A stretch of DNA of 64,000 nt from Felis catus (Eukaryota): positions 131,814,001-131,878,000 of the forward strand of contig NC_058368.1 in assembly GCF_018350175.1 (NCBI RefSeq), in the 5' to 3' direction. Shown here piece by piece: positions 12,781 through 23,975 of this stretch; positions within the stretch are counted from its first letter, which is position 1, and each line of letters starts with the position of its first letter. The translations under genes were made by a program, and so were the position numbers. Under the pieces are notes generated by a model that worked only from the letters and a program-made list of their open reading frames with translations, searched no databases and was not told where the DNA came from.

Positions 12781-12965
12781 GTCCGTGAGGGACTAGTTTT
12801 GGGAAAAGGTAGTGCTTGGTGCCGCTCATTTTGGGGCATTGACAAACTGGAGCTTTCTGCGACCACCCGATTGAAGGAAGCGTGCCACTGATAGGTGGAC
12901 TGCTTTAGTGATCGGCTTTCCGTTCTCACTCACAATTAGGAGCGGAGCCCTGAGCACTGAGCAGC

Positions 12966-13007
12966 ATGAGCAACATCTACATCCAGGAGCCTCCCACGAA
13001 TGGGAAG
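12966..13007 (+). CDS. CWC27: CWC27 exon 1 coding part (MSNIYIQEPPTNGK)
   Basis: AGCATGA start, 14 codons, donor AAG/gtgaga. Confidence 0.97.
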
Positions 13008-13334
13008 GTGAGAGCCTCATCTACGGTACCTGGGCTCCCCAAAGTGATACCTCACCCATTAAGGGAGTTTTGGGGCGTTAGGGTTGGAAAAATCACAAAA
13101 TGTCTTGTCCGTTACTCCTGCCTTTGGACAGGATTGCACCGAAAACCACCTACTGACACCTCTCGGCAAATACTTTGAGAAAAGTCCTCAAATAGAGATT
13201 TCTCCAGTGTCTGGCCACATTTCTTGCTTCAGCCTAACACATTCTAGGGCGTTTTCTAGGGCCTTAGGTAGAAACCTAGGTATATTTAAAATTGTGATTT
13301 TTGTTTTTCTTAACTTGTAAATCGCTCTTTCTCC

Positions 13335-13660
13335 ATTCATTCTACAATCATGTATTGAATGCCTAGTAGTCACCAGGCACTGTACTAGGTGCTGGGGACA
13401 CAAAGATGGATGGGTAAGGTCTAGTTGTTGCCCTAGAAGAGCTTATGGTTTTGTTTGGGAGGTAAGCAGGTAAAGAAAAACCTGATAAGTCCAATAGGCA
13501 TGCTTATGGAGAGAGGAAGTCTAGTGCTACGGTAAGTACTAAAAAATGAGCCACTGAGGAAGAAGAGAAAAGCTTCGTGGAGGAGGTATCTTTTGAGCTG
13601 GTCTTAAAACATGAAAGTAGAGAATGAGAAATGTTCCCACATTAGAATGGGAGAATGATT
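13335..13660 (-). mobile_element. L2 3' end
   Basis: CATTCATTC...TATTGAATGCCTA...CCAGGCACTGTACTAGGTGCTGGGGACACAAAGATG. Confidence 0.7.
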
Positions 13661-13849
13661 TCCTGATTGATTTAATGGTCAAGGTATGTCAGTTCCCATC
13701 AAAGATTTTTATATGCAGTATGAGGCAGAGGAGTCAATAATGGAATAAGTATCACTGGGATTCTTAAACTGTGAGCTAGTCTCACCACATATGAAATGCG
13801 ATGGACCAACATAGTGGAGAAAATAGTGGGACTGAAAGTACTTAGTTGA

Positions 13850-14055
13850 GGAGCGTCTGTATTGCTCAGTCGGTTAAACCTTTGACTGGGCTCAGGTCAT
13901 GATCTCACAGTACTTGAGTTGAGCCCAATGTCAGGCTCCGTGCTGACAATTCAGAGCCTGGAGCCTGCTTCAGATTCTGTCTGTCTCTCTCTGCTCCTAT
14001 CCTGCTTGTGCTCGCTATCTGTCGCAAAAATAAATAAACATTTTTTTTTAACTTT
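13850..14055 (+). mobile_element. Older CanSINE
   Basis: GCTCAGTCGGTTAA head, CT region, AATAAATAAAC; degenerate TSD ending TAGTTGA. Confidence 0.88.
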
Positions 14056-15073
14056 AAAGCACATAGTTGAATTAGGATAAACTAAATTTACATCAGATAC
14101 GATTCTGTTGCATGACTATATCATAATTTATGCAGTCTTTTGTTGATCAACATTTTGTAATATAATAAGGCAATATGAAAACAAAAACAATAATGCTCTA
14201 ATTGATATCCCCACCAAGAATTTTAGTGGGTGTTTTGAGATGGGCCATTCTTTTAATTCTTTGCTGTGTGAACTTCTCCTTACTCCTCATCTGTATCTCA
14301 CATCATTGTAAAAACTCAGAATACCTACCTCGTCATATTTCCAGATGTTTTTTGAGGGTGATATCACCCTCAGTTAATAAACACTAGTAGAGAATAAAAA
14401 TATTGCCCATCCTGCTAGTCAGGGCTTTCACACTTATTATTCCTTTCTTTAGTACACTCTGGCCTGCTCAAATGTCACCTTGGCAGAGAGGACTTTTCTG
14501 TTTACTCTATAAAATCACAAACTCCATTCATGTCCTGCATTCCAACATTCCCTGCCCTTTCCCTCTTCAGTTTTTTTCTGTGTACTTACTAGTTATTGTT
14601 TATTGTGTCCTCTGCCTCCCATTCTCCTCCCCATAGAATGCAAGCACTATGATGGCAGGGACTGACATCTAGAATGGTGCTTGACACATGGTAGGAGGAG
14701 TTCAAATATGTACTGACTGAATGAATGGATGGATTAATATTTTATTTCTCTTAAAGTATTAAGCATCAGTGACTTTGAGGTTATATTGCTGCTGATCAAG
14801 GGAAGATTTAGTTGTTTTACTCTGGAAGGAAGATTTGACATGGTCATAAAGAGGAAGACCTTTAACAAAGATACATGCCTGTACAGGAGATCTTTTATTC
14901 AACAAATATTTATTTAGCAACTAGCACATGCTAACCTCTATGCTAGGTTTTAGGAATACAAGGGAAAGGAAAACCAGCATTGTCTCTAATATGGAGTCAG
15001 TTGAGTGAAATGTACATTCACCAAATAATCATGTAAATAAGTACATGCAAACTGATAAATACTGTCCTTCTGA

Positions 15074-15247
15074 GAGCACTTGGGTGGCTCAGTTGATTGT
15101 CTGACTCTTGGTTTTGGCTCAGGTCATGATATCACAGTTGTGAGACTGAGCCCCTTGTCAGTCTCCATACTGAGCGTGAAGCTTGCTTGGAATTCTCTCT
15201 TACTTTCTTTCTCTCAAACTAAACTAAAAAAAAAAAATAAAAAAAAA
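15074..15247 (+). mobile_element. Older CanSINE
   Basis: TSD AATACTGTCCTTCTGA. Confidence 0.88.
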
Positions 15248-15322
15248 ATACTGTCCTTCTGAAACAGAATTGGGCTTACAGAGAACATCAGGCATAGCCA
15301 AAGTTTCCTTCAAACACAGTTG

Positions 15323-15358
<36 letters not shown>

Positions 15359-15764
15359 AAGGCCAGTTGAGGACATTGAAGCTTCAAAGTTCTGTACCAT
15401 AGAGAGCACATGGCAAGAATTTGGGCCTGGAAGGAATTTAAACAGATATAACAATATGTTTTCTCAGTGAATGTTTGTTTAGTGCCTATGCTGTCTAATG
15501 CTACATTAGGTACTAAAAGGATTAAGAGATATTCAGGATAAATGGGACAAAAGTTCCTCCCTTCAAAGAACATAGTATCAACCTGGGAAGTAATTGACTT
15601 ACCATATCAGTGGTTGTTTATAAGTTGTGCTGTGTTTTGTTGTAACTCTGGCCTCTGAAGATGACACACAGAAATGTACCACTTGATAGAAATGTCTTTA
15701 TACACTCAAGATGAAATTTCTATGTATTATGATCACTTAATTTAAATTGCATATTAATATTCTC

Positions 15765-15975
15765 TTTTTTTGAGAGAGAGAGGGAAAGAGAGAGAGCACA
15801 TGAGTGAGTGGGGGAGGGCAGGGAGAGGGAGAGAGAGAATCCTAATCCCCACACCCAGCACAGAGCCCCAATTAAGGGCTTGATCCTATGGCACTGGGAG
15901 CTCATGATCCTGTGGCTCATGACCTGAGCCACAATGAAGTTGGACACTTAGCCGACTGAGCCACCCAGGCGCCCC
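15765..15975 (-). mobile_element. Older CanSINE
   Basis: Ends CTGAGCCACCCAGGCGCCCC on the + strand. Confidence 0.88.
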
Positions 15976-16007
15976 AATAAAACGTTTCTTAAGAATAAAC
16001 ATTTATT

Positions 16008-16182
16008 GTGGCTCCATGATCTCATGGTTCATGAGTTCGAGCCCTGCCTTGGGCTCTGTGCTGTGACAACTCAGAGCCTGGAGGCTGCTTCTGATTCCGT
16101 GTCTCCCTCTCTTTCTGCCCCTTTCCCGCTTGTGCTCTCTCTCTTTCAAAAATAAACAAATAAACATTAAAATTTAAAAAAA
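16008..16182 (+). mobile_element. CanSINE with truncated or deleted head
   Basis: GTGGCTC joined directly to CATGATCTC; normal 3' half and tail. Confidence 0.85.
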
Positions 16183-16439
16183 GAAACATTTTATTAATCA
16201 AAGTATTGCCTTATTTTGAATCTTTAAGAAAGGGAGCACCAATACTTGGCAAAATAGTGATGGCCAAAAGAAATGTATGGAGGAAGGAGCCATGTGCCTT
16301 CTTTATAAATTCAGTAGCTTATCAGTGGAAAGAGTAAGAAACTCTGGTAAACAAGGTAGCCCAACTGTGTATGCATTCTTTTTACTGGGTGTAAGTTGAC
16401 TGTGGCCAAAAATATAGAAGAAGAATAATTACAACAATA

Positions 16440-16680
16440 GTAGCTACCATTTTTTGAACATTTACTATTTTTCAGGTAATGTTCTAAGCAGTCTATGTGT
16501 AATAAATCATTTTGTTCTCACAAGAAACCTATGAGGATATTATTGTCCCTATTTTAGATAATAAAGTTGAGTCACAGATATGTTAGATAGCATGTCCAAA
16601 GTAAAAAACTTCCTTACCCTTTGTAAGTGCAAGGGTCAGTCAGTACTGGAATTTGAGCAGCTGACTCCAGAACCTGTAAA
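16440..16680 (-). mobile_element. MIR
   Basis: TATTATTGTCCCTATTTTAGAT...CTGACTCCAGAAC. Confidence 0.65.
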
Positions 16681-16840
16681 GGGAGGGATGGTGTGCATTA
16701 GTTTATTCTTTAGAGTAGTGGTTTCTTAAACCAGTGAGTGCACACTTCAGGGACTGTGCAAAACCATCATGAGATGCAAAGAGAAAAGCTACATTCTTCT
16801 GCTTGCATTTATCGTTTCCTTTGTGTAAATGTAATCTTTT

Positions 16841-17061
16841 TAAAAATTTTTTTTAAATGTTTTAATTTTATTTTTGAGAGAGAGAGAGAGACAGCATAAG
16901 TGGGGGAGGAGCAGAGAGAGAGGGAGACAGAGAATCTGAAGCAGGCTCCAGGCTCCGAGCTGTCGGCACAGAGCCCGACATGGGGCTCAAACCCACAAAC
17001 CGTGAGATCATGACCTGAGCCAAAGTTGGACGCCTAACTGACTGAGCCACCCAGGCGCCCC
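16841..17061 (-). mobile_element. CanSINE
   Basis: TSD TAAATGTAATCTTTT on both sides. Confidence 0.92.
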
Positions 17062-17316
17062 TAAATGTAATCTTTTATATATAAAAAGGAACATGTATAT
17101 TCATTTACTTAGTCACTTTTTATATGTCATGATGTAATTTTTCCTAATATCATGCTAAATGGATTACATTTCATTGTTAATCTGGATTAACTAGACCAGC
17201 CCTCACAGATTTCATATTGAAAGTAATATTAATAATGTAAACATAAGCAAACCACAAGAAAATGGTAGACCTGATGCCTCAACATGGGAAGTATGTAAAA
17301 AATTAGAAATTATTAT

Positions 17317-17510
17317 TTTTTTTTTAATTTTTTTTTTCAACGTTTATTTATTTTTGGGACAGAGAGAGAGCATGAACGGGGGAGGGGCAGAGAGAGAGGG
17401 AGACACAGAATCGGAAACAGGCTCCAGGCTCTGAGCCATCAGCCCAGAGCCCGACGCGGGGCTCGAACTCACGGACCGCGAGATCGTGACCTGGCTGAAG
17501 TCGGACGCTT
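17317..17510 (-). mobile_element. Young felid CanSINE, 5'-truncated
   Basis: Lacks the first ~25 nt; TSD AAAAATTAGAAATTATTAT at 17298-17316 and 17511-17529. Confidence 0.93.
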
Positions 17511-17689
17511 AAAAATTAGAAATTATTATGAAAATTATTTGAAATACGGATTTCTATTTATTGTTAATGATGAACTTTGTCTTAAGTGTATATTGTGCCT
17601 TGGCATATTTATCAGTAAGAATATAAAGCCATTGTCATTTTCAAGACATTTAAAACAAAGTGAGTAGAACAGGAAGATGGACCTCTATA

Positions 17690-18000
17690 ATTTGAAAGCA
17701 ACATTATGTTAAGTGAAAGAAGCCAAATACCAAAAGCCACACATTGTATGATTCCATTTATATGAAATATTCAATAGACAAATTCATAGATACAGAAAGA
17801 TTAGTGTTTGTCAGGGCCTATGAGTAGGAAGAAATAGGGAGTGACTGCTAATGGGTTACAGAGTTTCTTTTTCAGGTGAGGAAATGTTCTGGAATTAGAT
17901 TGTGGTGGTGGCAAATGTCTGGATTATACTAACAAATGCTTTAAAAGGGTGAATTGTTTGGTATGTGAATTATATGTCAGTAAAGCTGTTATTTTTTTTT
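17690..18000 (+). mobile_element. L1 3' end fragment
   Basis: AACATTATGTTAAGTGAAAGAAGCCA...TGTATGATTCCATTTATATGAAAT. Confidence 0.8.
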
Positions 18001-18982
18001 TCTTTAAGTTTCATTATACCACTGGTAAAGAAGATTAAGAAATATTTTAAAATACTGTTTTTATGTAATGCTTTGAAATGTTTATCTTCTGTGACTCTTT
18101 CAGTACTAGAGTAATATAGTACTACATGTATTTAAACGTATTTATTTGGGAACTCTGTGTTCCACTTCCTTACCTCCCTTCCCACTTCCCTTTTCCTCTT
18201 CGCTAATAGGGATGCACACTCTGAAAAAGTTGGAGATCACTGTATTAGAGTTGCAAGGAAGGGAAGACATGTCAAGGGTCCCTTTAACAGTAGCATTTTA
18301 TTTCAAGTATACAAGGGGATAATAGGTAGGACAGGATATTGTCTTTTGAGATATACTGTACTTTTAAGATTGGGATGGACACCAGTTTTCATGGAAAACC
18401 AGAAGGTATTACCCACTGTTATAGATACAGTCTAGGGAGTTATTCAGCCAACTCAATTTGCATCCCAAATATATACCTTCCAAGAAACTGAGAAACCAGC
18501 TGGGTTGGTTTGTCATGATAGAGTATTTACTTTGCACATAGTTTCATGCCATGCCAAGTTAGAAGGCCTTACCTTCATGAGCTGGTAGAAAGGAGACTTT
18601 GAACGGATTCCATGTACTGTAGATGATGATCTTAAGACGTACCATTTTAGTAACATATACAACCCAGAATTAGATTAGGAATGTTTTGTTTTAAATTAGG
18701 AATTGCATGATTTTGAACGAGCAACTAGAGTGTTGGTATATAAAAAGATAATTGTAAAATTGTCTCATAGTGTCACAATTTCATAGATTCATTGTTCTTT
18801 AGTTTCTTAATTTGCTATACCAATTTTATTGGAAGGAAAGCTGCAAGAAGCTTTCTTAATTAAAGCAAGTTTAAATGACTGATTTTTAAATGAATAAGTT
18901 TTTCTGATTAATAAAGGTATATGCTGCTTTTTCTTAAATCTTAAATTATTTCTGAAATTGCTGTTTGGAAGATATAAATGTA

Positions 18983-19192
18983 GGGGCGCCTGGATGGCTC
19001 AGTCAGTTAAATGTCTGACCTCAGCTCAGGTCATGATCTTGTAGTTCATGACTTCGAGCCCCGTGGGTTCTGGGCTGACAGCTCTGAGCCTGAAGCCTGC
19101 TTCGGATTCTGTGTTTCCCTCTCCCTGCGCCTCCCCAACTCGCATTCTGCCTCTCTCTCTCTCTCTCAAAAGTAAACAAACATTAAAAAAAA
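18983..19192 (+). mobile_element. CanSINE
   Basis: TSD AAGATATAAATGTA. Confidence 0.9.
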
Positions 19193-19229
19193 GGAAAGAT
19201 ATAAATGTATAATGACTTGTACTGAATGA

Positions 19230-20745
19230 ATATTTTTACTGAAATATAGTTAACATACAGTGTTATATTAGTTACAGGTGAACAGTATGAGGATTCAATA
19301 ATTCTGTACAATTTTCACTGTCATCAAAGTAAATGTACTCTTAATCTCCTTTATCTGTCTCAACCCCACCTCCCCTATGACAACCACCAGTTTGTTCCTA
19401 GTTTTTAAGAGTCTGCAGTTTGTCTTTTTTCTTTGTTTCTTAAATTCCACATACATGTGAAAACATGGTATTTGTCTTATTGTGTCTGACTTGTTTCACT
19501 TAGTATTATTTTAACATCTATGTCCATCCATGTTGCTGCAAATGGCAAGATTTCATTCTTTTTATGGCTGAGTAATATTCTATTGTGTATGTGTGTGTGT
19601 GTATATGTATACATATGTGTATATATGTATATATACGTATATGTATATACAGTGTGTATATATATACATATATGCACACATATATATGTGTGTGTATATA
19701 TGTGTGTATATATACACATACTATATATATGTGTGTGTATATATACACATACTATATGTGTGTGTATATATACACATACTATCTATATCTATATCTATAT
19801 CTATATATCTGTATATTTATACATATTCCACTTCTTTATCCATTCATCTCTGGACGTACACTTGCGTTGCATCCATATCTTGGCTATTGTAAATAATGCT
19901 GCTATAAACACAGGGGTGCATATATCTTTTCAAATCAGTGTTTTTATTTTCTTAGGGTAAATACCCAGTAGTGGAGTTAATTATATGGTAATTCTCTTTT
20001 TAAATTTTTAAGTAACCTCTGTACTGCTTTCCACAGTGGCTGTACCAGTTTGCATTCCTCTCAACAGTGTATGAGGATTCCTTTTCCTCCACATCCTTGA
20101 CAACATTTGTAATTTCTTGTCTTTCTGATTCTAACTATTCTGACATGTCTAAGGTGATATCTCATTGTGGTTTTGATTTGCATTTCATTGATTATTTACA
20201 TTGGTAGTGATGTTGAGCATCATTTCATGTGTCTGTTAGCCATCTGTATGTCTTCTTTGGAAAAATGTTTATTCAGGTCCTCTACCCATTTTTAATCGTG
20301 TTATTTGGGTTTTTTTTTTTTTTTTTTTTGGTATTGAGTTGTATAAGTTCTTTATACTTTTTATATTAACCCCTTATCATATATATCATTTGCAAATATC
20401 TTCTCACATTCATTAGGTTGTCTTTTCATTTTGCTGATTGTTACCTTTGCTGTGCAGAAGCTTTTATTTTGGTATAATCCCAGTAGTTTATTTTTGCTTT
20501 TGTTGCTCTTGCCTGAGGAGACATATCTAGGAAAATGTTGCTAATGCCCATGTCAAAGAAATTACTGTCTGCCTTTTCTTCTAGGAGTTTTATGGCTTCA
20601 AGTCTCACATTTAGGTCTTTAATCCATTTTGAATTTATTTTTATGTATGGTATAAGAAAAGTGGTCCAGTGTCATTCTTTTGCATGTAGCTGTCCAGTTT
20701 TTTCAGTACGACTTGTTGAAAAGACTGTGATATCCCTGTTGTAAT
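19230..20745 (-). mobile_element. L1 3' ~1.5 kb (ORF2 end and 3' UTR)
   Basis: Antisense L1 motifs CATCCATGTTGCTGCAAATGGCAAGATTTCATTC, CTCATTGTGGTTTTGATTTGCATTTC, TTTGCTGTGCAGAAGCTTTT. Confidence 0.9.
19584..19825. repeat. Compound (TA)/(TG)/(TATATC) microsatellite inside L1
   Basis: About 240 nt of mostly alternating purine-pyrimidine sequence. Confidence 0.9.
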
Positions 20746-20899
20746 TTTTTTAGTATAACAAGAAAAGCCCAGCAAGTTTTTAAAATTTTAACTTTAAAAT
20801 TGAAAATTCATTAATGGATGCTTCATTTTGAGCAGCAATTCAACTGATTATCAAACCAAAATGATAATTTAATATAATGATGTTATATTCTTTCCATAG

Positions 20900-20996
20900 G
20901 TTTTATTGAAAACTACAGCTGGAGATATTGACATAGAGTTGTGGTCAAAAGAAGCTCCCAAAGCTTGCAGAAATTTCATTCAGCTTTGTTTGGAAG
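20900..20996 (+). CDS. CWC27: CWC27 exon 2 (VLLKTTAGDIDIELWSKEAPKACRNFIQLCLE)
   Basis: tttccatag acceptor, 97 nt, donor gtaaaa. Confidence 0.97.
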
Positions 20997-22964
20997 GTAA
21001 AAGTGTATCTTTCCACAACATTGAAGTCTGCTGCTAAATAGTGGTAATGAGTGATAGGAGTGGGTATGAATGATATGGTGTTGAGCTGTTGTGTCAGGAA
21101 ATGGATAGAGGAGATAAAGATTGTCTTTCAAATAAATCTTTATATCTTTAGCAGAGAAATTTATCTCACCAAATAAAACTTTGATCCTTTTTGATCTTCT
21201 TGCCTGTTCTGTACTTCTTTCTTTCATCCTGTAAATAAGAGTACTCCCTATGATTGCCCCTAGTTCTCCACTGTCTTTACTCTTCAGTTGTTACTTCTCT
21301 CCAAATGACTGTCAGATTTAGAATTCCAGCCATTTCCTCTTTTCTTAGCTGTAATTTACATGTCAAAATGACTAGTGGACTTTTCTACTCCAATCTTCCT
21401 CTGTCAGCTATAGCTAAACCACACTGCCTTGACTTTCACCTGCATGATTATGATTGTCTTTTACCTGGTCTTTCTATCTAATCTCTTTACCCTTTTATTT
21501 ATTCATCTGGTATTTGAATCCTCAGACAGCTTGGCTTCCTAGCTTTTCAACTTGGTTTCATTGCACTAAATAACTATATGGTTTCAGTTGACTATTATTT
21601 TATTTCCTGAGAAGTTCCTTCTTTCTTGTCCACATATCCACATACCTCCTTCATGTCCTCAGTCTTCTTTTTGGAATACTTTTTCTTTCCTTCCTTACTG
21701 TTTACAAGTCTACCCACTTTTTAATCTCTGTCCAAAATTCTGCTTTCTCCACGAAGCCTTCCATCCAGGATTCAGTGATGTCATTATAGATGTCTCTAGT
21801 CTGTTTTTAGACTGAGTCACAATTTGACTATTTTTCTTTCAGTAAACTTTGCAGAATTATATCCACTTGAGTGTTTTCTCCTTCAGAATATTCCCTTATA
21901 GAACTAAACATTCTAAACATTTTTGCAACTTGGCTTTGACGATACTTTGCATATGGTTTCAAATATCTCCTGTGGTGGCAAATCATTGTCTTTCTAAGTT
22001 ATACCTGATTTGTAGAGACAGACAAGGTTAATTAGGTATCAGAAAACAGCATTTTGAGTCAAAGGCAGGGTGTGAAAGATAATTCAATATAACCAGTAAA
22101 AGGGTACAGCTAGAGCTCTCCAAGTAGATAATAATTACACAAATAGATAATTATCAGGGGAAGATTTAAAGTATAAAAATACCCAGAGCCTCCTCCCCCC
22201 CAAAAAAGAAAAAGAGAAGGACATCTGTGAAGACCATTATTAATAATTGCTATGGCAGGCAGGAAGGAAATTGAGTCAGACAGGTAGTACAGTCAGAGAA
22301 TCCTCAAATTACTATCAACAGAGTCGAGAAACACAGTAGACACAGAAAAGTCAGACTTGTTTCTGGAAAAAAGTTTTGAAGACTCAAAAGCTCAAATTTT
22401 ACAGGGGAAGACTGGAAGTACAAAAACATTAGAAAGAATGAATGGTAATTAACAATCCATGACCAGGTGAATGGAAGAAACAGAAAACATCTGGATATAA
22501 TATGACAATGAAGAAGAAATAAAGTTCTTAAGTTAGGTCATGATGAAACTTAATTGGAACAACAAAAATTATTCCCCTCTATAGAAGAATACGTGGAGAA
22601 AGAGAATAGAAAAACCATAAGAAACATAACTACAGCAATTCTCTTAATTGAACAGGTGAGAGAGAGAATTATTACTGCAAAGGCTAACAAGAAGCCTGAG
22701 AAGGCTAACTGAAATGAAGATACCCCCAAATAAAGTCAAGTTTTTAAAATATAATTTGGAGAACCTCATTTAATTCACTAATTCTGTTACTTAAACAAGT
22801 CATGATATGTCAAGACCTTTTAGCATTCATATCGGTATTTTTTTCAAAAAGCGATGATTTCCAGAATTAAAAAAGAAATAAGTACAAACTTAGGAAGGTG
22901 GAGCCAGATATGGCTCCCAACTAGAATGCTGTTCATAGCGGAAGTTCTTAGTCTTTTTTTCCCC

Positions 22965-23118
22965 CCAGCTTTATTGAGGTATTATAGACAAATAAAAATT
23001 GTATATATTTAGGTTGTACATGATTTTTTAAAAGGTGTACAAGTGTGTACTATACATATACACTGAAATGATTATCACAATCAAGTTAAGTAATGTATCC
23101 GTCACCTCACAGTTACGA

Positions 23119-23166
<48 letters not shown>

Positions 23167-23400
23167 TGAGAACACTTGAGATCTTTTTTCTTAGCAAACT
23201 GCAAGTATACAATACAGTATTATTAACTATACTCACCATGTTGTACATTGAATCCCCAGAAGTTATTCGTTTTATATTTGAAAATTTATACCTTTTGACC
23301 AACATATCCCGATTTCTCCCACCTGCCAGCACCTGGCAACCACCATTTTACTCTTCAGTTCTATGAGTTTAACTTTTTTAGACTCCACATACAGAATTTG
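22965..23400 (-). mobile_element. L1MA-type 3' end with embedded (TG)n
   Basis: CAGCTTTATTGAGGTAT...GGCAACCACCATTTTACTC...GACTCCACATA. Confidence 0.82.
23119..23164. repeat. (GT)n microsatellite
   Basis: About 22 GT units with one interruption. Confidence 0.9.
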
Positions 23401-23748
23401 TCATTCTGGTGTCTGGGGGATGTCTTTAGTGTTTACAGAAATGAAAGATCTAGAATTACACAGCCTTACTCTTGGATTTCAGGCTTTGTGGAATAGTTAG
23501 GTGAATATTTAAAGGTGAGTGAAATTTTTAAAAAATAGGTTAAAAAAGAAGGAAAGGGAAGCTTGTTGCTTTTGATAGTTTTGTTGGTTCCTCTGAAGTA
23601 TGAGGAAGGAGTAAAATTTTAGGTTGGCAAAACAAAGTGGGAAGCAGAAAGAGAAGTAGTTAAGAAAATCAAATTTTTTATGCTTTATGTAACTATTAAT
23701 TTCTTTATTTCTATTTTACCTTAGATTTACTCTTTAAGATCTATTCTT

Positions 23749-23908
23749 GGGGTATTTGAGTGGCTCCGTTGGTTGAGCATCTGACTCTTGATTTCAGTTT
23801 GGGTCATGATCCCAGGGTCATGGATTGAGCCCCACATTGGGTTCCAGGCTCCAAGCAGAGCTTGCTTGAGATTCTTCTCTTTCCTTCGGCCTTTCTTTTC
23901 CACTTGTG

Positions 23909-23945
<37 letters not shown>

Positions 23946-23975
23946 AAATAATAATTTAAAAAAAGTTAAAAAAAG
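23749..23975 (+). mobile_element. Older CanSINE
   Basis: Diverged head, long CT repeat, A tail; TSD core TCTATTCTT. Confidence 0.85.

Larger units (their letters stand above)
11620..13160. promoter_or_regulatory. CpG-rich bidirectional promoter region shared by SREK1IP1 and CWC27
   Basis: Marked rise in GC and CpG against an AT-rich background; divergent ATGs separated by 616 nt; ETS-like ACTTCC near 12466, ATTGG at 12724-12728, YY1-like CAACATGGCGGC at 12769-12780. Confidence 0.85.
16716..18242 (+). mobile_element. hAT/Charlie-type DNA transposon with nested insertions
   Basis: Ends TAGTGGTTTC... and ...GAGATCACTG; degenerate 8-bp TSD CTTTAGAG/TATTAGAG; BED-finger-like remnant at 17512-17667. 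Confidence 0.7.

Noticed and set aside
19477..19960. Tyr/Ile/His/Cys-rich ORFs
   Set aside because: Dinucleotide microsatellite inside an L1
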